Origin: Chrysomallon squamiferum
Lineage: Eukaryota > Animalia > Mollusca
Assembly: GCA_012295275.1 (NCBI GenBank)
Contig: CM022669.1
Coordinates: 18,228,001 to 18,292,000 of the forward strand
Reading direction: 5' to 3'
Length of the DNA stretch: 64,000 nt
Part shown: positions 57,474 through 64,000 of the stretch, one piece after another
Layout of the letters: every line of letters starts with the position of its first letter
How positions within the stretch are numbered: the first letter of the stretch is position 1
Notes under the pieces: model-generated
The model's database searches: none
Seen by the model: the letters and a program-made list of their open reading frames with translations, nothing else
What the model was told of the DNA's origin: nothing
Program-made: the position numbers and the translations under genes

Positions 57474-58468
57474 TATTTGTTTCCAAAGACGGATATTTTC
57501 ATACTTCATACAAAAGTTACAAAAATTCATTGTTATTATATGTTGTTGTTAATGTTAATGTTTTTATGGTTGTTTTTATTAGTATCGTCCTCATCATCTT
57601 CTTCTTCATATTCACAATTATTATTATCATCATTATTATTATTATTATTATTATTGTTATTAATGCTAGCTATCTTATTAAAATATCTACTTTCTAAAAA
57701 TGTTAATAAGTTAAAAATATAAAATTCTCCAACAATAAATGGCAACAAAACCCCCAAAACAAACATATTTTACAATCTTTTATTCAGATTTAGTTTTATA
57801 TTTATTTGAACACACATACATGTTTTTGATTGCTCAAGAAAAAAAAGAAAAAAAATGAATTCATATTTTTGATTTAATTATAATTATATTCATTTATTGT
57901 ATAAAAAAAACTTAACCACGATCGTTAATTTAATTTATCTAATTTTATCTGTACAAAAAAATCCCACAAAAAACCCACAAAAAAACAAAAAAAACCCCAA
58001 CAAACAAAAAAAAAAACAACAAACAAACAGTAACTCTATTTTTGATAACTAAAATTTACAACTGTCATTAATTTCTTACATAATTTTTTTTTCAAAAATG
58101 TATTTAACAGTCTCGTTTTGTTTTGATATGTACATCTGTATATTTTTTTATTATTGTGTTTTTGTTTTTTATACTTACGAAGCGGAAATGCATGTCATAG
58201 TTTTTTTCATATCCGAGAATTTATGACTAAATATTCCCCTTTGTATTAATAAAAGTAATTTTAAATATTAATAATAATAAAAATATATATAAGATAAGAT
58301 AAAAATAAAAGTACGTGCTATAAACGACTGAGCTTAAACTATTTAATTATTTTTAATATACTATTCACCTCTAAAATAAATTCTTTCTCTTCCACACTGA
58401 GATAAAATAGCATAAAAACACAGATGTAGGTAATGAAAAGAAAGATTAAAGCATGTTTTTTTTTTTCC

Positions 58469-58610
58469 ATTTTGATTGTAATTTTTAAATATTTTATTTA
58501 TGTATTTAGCAGTCATATTACATAGCTTATAGATGTACAGTATATTGTAATCTAGTCTATGCTACATTATTAGATACACGAAACATTTCAAATTATGCAC
58601 CTAACTTAAA
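58469..58610 (+). repeat. Dispersed ~140-bp repeat, copy B
   Basis: Colinear similarity with 55866-56005. Confidence 0.8.
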
Positions 58611-59439
58611 ATGTTAGCAAGGTTTAATAAGTAAGTAAATAAATAAATAAATAAATAAAAAATAAATAAATAAAATAATAAATAAATAAAATAATAAATA
58701 AATAAAAATAAATCAACATCAATAAATAGATAACTAAATAAATGAATGAATAAATGAATAATGAAAATTATAAATGAATGATATATAAATAAATATTTAA
58801 AAAAACAACAACCGCAAATAAATAAATATAAACTAAATCAATTTATTTTTATATAAATAAATAAAAAGTAAATACATCAATAACTAACTGAAATAATATA
58901 AAAACACAATGAAAGCCATACACATTTACGGGCAATTTATATAAACAAATGTATCACGTAGGCAGAAACAATTAACACTGACATGCATTTTATTTTTTTG
59001 TTTTACATAAACATATTCGGGTATATAATAATTTTATATGCCATACGTATAAAAACCTTAGAACTAACATTATTTTTATAGCCTATGAACATTTAAAATT
59101 TAACGACGTAATAGATGTATATATATGTGGAATAACAGATTACTGTTTTAAGATATCAGCTTTAACCTGCCAAGGTTAGAATGTCCAATGCAATGAGGCT
59201 AATGCTAATAATTTAAGATATTTATTTATTTATTTAATTTATGTAGTCATTAATAATACAAAAAAACAAAAGAATTAACTATTTTTTTTCTCTACTAGCA
59301 TACCTCGACAGTTGAAAATTTAGGCGTATTGATTTCGTTATCGCGTAAAAAAAAAAACTATACGTCAAAACGAAATAGTTCCTAAATAGGAACAATTTAT
59401 TTGTTATTTTTACAGATCAGGAATTAAATTCTAAAGGAG

Positions 59440-59511
59440 TAACTTTGAACACTATATGTGTAAATAACTTTGAACACTATGTGTAAATAACTTTGAACAC
59501 TATATGTGTAA
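59440..59511. repeat. 23-25-bp tandem repeat x3 (TAACTTTGAACACTATATGTGTAAA)
   Basis: Direct inspection. Confidence 0.95.
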
Positions 59512-60774
59512 GTTATTTGTCGCTGTAAAACTAATTCCGTAACTTTAGTATTCTTATGTTATTTAATATGCACGTTTTATTTGACAAAATTATTGTTAAA
59601 AATGATAAAATAAAATGCAATGAAAAAGAATGGTAAAAGAATAAATCAAAATCAAATTAACGGTTAAACAAACAAACAACACCAAAAACCAACAAAAAAA
59701 CAACAACAGATCTTTCTAAAAACAAATGTAAAAAGAAAAAAACAAAAAGAAATAACAAAAACAACAACAAACAAACAAAACAAAACAAAGCAATATAAAA
59801 ATCCATACAACAAAAACTACAACAGCAGTTGAAAAATAATAATTTTTAAAAATACTATTAGTAGTAATAACACCAACAACTATGAGTTAAAATTCAAAAA
59901 AAGACTAAAAATATTATTATAACAAAAAAAACCTAGCAAACAAACAAACAAATAAATAACGCAAATAAAATGTGATTTATCAAAAATAATAATAAATAAT
60001 AAATTATAAATAATGAGTATTAAAGAAAGAAGAAAATAAAGAAGAAGAAATGAAAAGGTATGAAAAAGAAAATGAAGAAAAAAGTAGCACAATAGAGAAG
60101 AAAAAGAATAAGAAAAAGAAAAAGAAAAATAACAAAAGAAGAAAAAAAAAAAAAAAGTGTTTTGTGATTTGACCAATTTTTTTTATTATATTAAAAAAAA
60201 AAAAAATACAGATTTTTATGTTATATTTTATTATATTTTTAAAAATATATACTTTTTTCGATCATCATTTTTATTATATTTTTTAAAATTTTGTGTTTTT
60301 TGGGTATCATATTCATTTTAGTTTAAGACTATATTATATGCTTTGTCATCGTATTTTATTATATTTAAAAAAAAAAAAAATATATATATATATTTTTTGT
60401 GTAATAGCGATACGGAATATATTGAACTTTTCTTAACACAAGAAACTTATGACAGAAAACTTTGCTGATGGTGAATTTATTGTAGATGAGGTAGATTCAC
60501 TTTAAACTCAACTCAGGTTCTTTCGCATCCGTATCGTTGTCATACGACAATATTCGTTTACCAGCGTCAACGTATTTCAAGGTTTTTCTCGTTTGTTTTA
60601 TTTTATTTGTAAAAGTAGGAGAAGACAAAGAATAAAAAAAAAAAAAAAAAAAAAAACCAACAAACACCTCCTTAACAAAACTAAATAAGAACAAAACAAA
60701 ACAACAAAAAAAAAAAAAAAAATCGATAATAAAACAACAAACTCCCTCCTCTCCCAAAAACAATACCAAAGTAA

Positions 60775-60813
<39 letters not shown>

Positions 60814-60999
60814 ATTATAAAACTAAAAGCAAAAAGCTAAAAGAAAAAAAGAAAAAGAAAAAGAAATTAAAAAGAAAAACAAAGAAAGAATTGTGCTTCT
60901 GTTCTTGTAAATGAGTAAGTGTATGTATATGTGTGAATTTTGCATGAATATGCATGTTTTTAATTTAACAGTGATACAATGTGTAAGTTATTTGAATAT

Positions 61000-61550
61000 T
61001 ATTATATTAGTATTAGTAGCAGCAACAGCAGAAAAAGTAGTGGTAGTGACGTTGGTAGAAATGGAGTAATCACAGAGGTAGTAGTAGTTGTTGTTGTTGT
61101 TGTAGTAGTAGTAGTAGTAATAAAAGTAATAATGGTAGTTGTAGTAGTAGTAGTACTAGTAGTACTAGTAGTAATAATAATAATAATAATGATAGTGGTT
61201 ACAAATGGTAGCATTAGTGGTAGTTGTAGTAGTAGTAGCAGTAGTAGTTTTAGTTGTATTAGTGATGCCATTAATAGTATTAGTATTAGTACTATTAGTG
61301 ATAGTAATAAAGTAATTATTATTAATAGTAGTATTGGATGTAATAATAATAGCAGTGGTAATTGTAATAGTAGTAGTAATAATATTGCTAGTAGCAGTAG
61401 TAGTAGTAGTAATGGTGGTGTTAGTAGTTATTATTAATGATGTCGTTGTTATTGCTAATGTAACTGTTATTATTATAATTATTATTATTATTATTATTAT
61501 CGTTATTATTATTATTGTTATTATTATTATTGTTATTATTATTATTATTT
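61000..61550. repeat. Degenerate compound (AGT/AAT/GTT/ATT)n microsatellite
   Basis: Direct inspection; source of the poly-Val/Ser/Ile ORFs. Confidence 0.9.
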
Positions 61551-62063
61551 TGTCTTTTCTTTATTTTCATTCACGTCCACATTTAAATAATAATTATAGG
61601 AAAAACAAACACGGTTCTTGTTAATATTATTTTTGTTCCTGACTCCAATACGTCGACACTGATAACTTAATTAACCGATTCATCAATCATTACTGATTTG
61701 TCATTTCTCAATAGTTTGGGGTTTTGTGGCGAAAAAAAAAAAAAAAAGGTATTCTGAAGAGAAAAAGAAAAATAACGGAACCCATTACACCTTTTACGCT
61801 TTTTAGTTACCGTTGTGTGACAAAACCATACAAGGAAAATTACTCGTCTAGATTACCTAATCCCCCATCAGTGATTAGCAATTGTTGGAACCAATATTGA
61901 AAAAAAAAATGACACCTTATTTATTTCATAGTCATTATTTACAGGCAGGAAATATGCCATTTCACATCGTAACAAATGGAAATTAGTTTTCGTATAATTA
62001 TTTGTTAAAAATCCGAAAAAGAAATATCAAATATGCAAGGTGTTGGGCTTAGATCTAAATGGG

Positions 62064-62119
<56 letters not shown>

Positions 62120-63559
62120 AAAAAAAAAAAAGGATTATGGTAAATATAATTAAAGACTAATTTGCATATAGTATTGAGGTATCTTGACGCAACACAATGT
62201 GCCCATCGGCAGCTATTCGATTTCGTCTGTGGGAAAAAGCGAGGGGTTAGAAGAGGGGCCACGGCTTTTTTGTGGCTTTGTGGTTAATGAACCTTTTGCC
62301 AATGTGGCAGGCTTGATGTATGAAATAATTAGAAAAAATCACAAAGGATTGCAAAATATAACTTTACAGAGTTTTGATGCCCGTGTCTATCATAACGTTA
62401 CGATCTTTTAACATGTTTCTTTATTCGCGATCGGTTAAAAAAAAGAAAAAGAAGAAAAAAAAAAAAAGAATTAGAAAATATTTTTCGTTTCATTGCGGTT
62501 GATAATGTGCATTTGGTTCCAGCGCGCTGCAACATGTGACAAATGAAGGTCTCACCGCTCACCGTTACGGCCCGATATCGACGTCTGGCGATTCACGTGC
62601 GCTTTGGCGCAATGCACGCGACATACAACAACCGCAAACTGCGCCTTTCGGTGCATTTATTCCCCGCGTTGATGTTGTGAAAAATGTCACAAAAAATTTC
62701 ATATCGATTACACTAAAGAAAATTATGAAAAAAAAAAAAAAAAAAAAAAAAAACCATATTGTTAATGTACTCGTTTCGTGAAAAGGTATTACAGAGAAAT
62801 TGTTTTTTAAATGAAACCTGTCAAATACTTGAGCGATTCTGAAACAATATTGTTTTATTTTCGAAAATAGCTCTCAGAATTTACGAACATTATTTGGGAT
62901 ATTATTATTATTATTTTTTATTTTGTATCAATTATTATTATTTTTTTTTTTTCCCCATGTATCTCTAACACATGAAAACAAGAAAATGTTTTCCCAACAA
63001 AAAGTCACACTGAGTTTACGTAATTTTAAAGAAAATGTTATTTAATTACAAAGGTGTTATTGACTTGTATGAGAGAGGTGTTTGCGGTTATTCACTGAGA
63101 ATTGTGCACAAAAAAAGAAGAAATTAGAATGTCATTATTTGATTTCAGATGAAACATTAACAATACAGATCTTTTCTACGTTTGAGAATAAGTTTGAATG
63201 AGGTATATTCTGAGAATGTAGAATCAAACGTTCTTTTAGGTTACGTGACTGCAAGGAAATTTTACTTAAAAACGTAAGCAGGATTTTTCTTTGTTTGACA
63301 GGAATGTTGCTTTCTTAAGAGATATGTCAGTAACGTATATTTATGTACGCATGTGAACTGATAAAGCTAGAATTACCGATGGCGAAGATGATGTTCATAA
63401 TGACGATGAATGTTGATGAAGAGGATTTTCGAGAATAATGAGAGTTCAATTTGAAAAAATGTTTGTACAATAAGTAATACTGTATTTAGAAAATGCCAGT
63501 GATGGTGATAATAATGATCATTCGTTCTGGGTAGAAAAGGGTTTTCTGTTTCTACGAAA

Positions 63560-63610
<51 letters not shown>

Positions 63611-64000
63611 ACAAACAAACAAACAAACAAAAAAATAACAACAGACAGTCAGTTTTCTTTACAATTATCTTTTCCTTTATTATTTTATTTTAATTTTAAT
63701 TTTAATTTTTTTTCTCCTTCTGCTTCTTCTGTATCTTCTCTTGTTTTTTTCTTGTTTTTTCTTTATTATAGACTACTTCTACAATATTTTCTTCTTTGAT
63801 TTAACCTTGCTCTTCTTCTTCACCATCTTTTTATTTCATTACCTTTTTTCTTTTTTTATTATAATCTATCTTCTTCTTCTTCTTCTTCGTTACCTTCTTA
63901 TTGTTATTAACTTTCTCTTTGGTATCTTTTTTGTTGTCATGAATTCCCTCACTCTCCTCTTTTTTACTTCATCAGTCCTTTTCTTGTTTGTAGTTCATGA

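Overview
Very AT-rich, microsatellite-saturated eukaryotic (invertebrate animal-like; species not determinable) genomic DNA. Only one protein-coding gene is supportable: a minus-strand, GT-AG spliced acetylserotonin O-methyltransferase (ASMT/HIOMT)-like class II SAM-dependent O-methyltransferase. Seven exons are visible (6552-6463, 2945-2774, 2322-2182, 1613-1335, 717-577, 405-283, 35-1; 327 codons), and the last exon runs off the window start. The remaining ~57 kb has no recognisable coding sequence: nearly all listed ORFs are translations of simple repeats. It consists of microsatellites, several minisatellites and short duplications, and about twenty 200-600 bp CpG-containing islands that look like cis-regulatory modules (gene desert or giant intron). 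The most unusual structures are a foldback-like element at ~9.84-11.26 kb (central inverted repeat flanked by oppositely oriented 27-bp tandem repeats, expanded on one arm only) and a perfect 33-bp hairpin capped by CRE palindromes at 13220-13292, with related CRE-bearing inverted repeats in ASMT intron 1. I found no clear multi-gene novel system.
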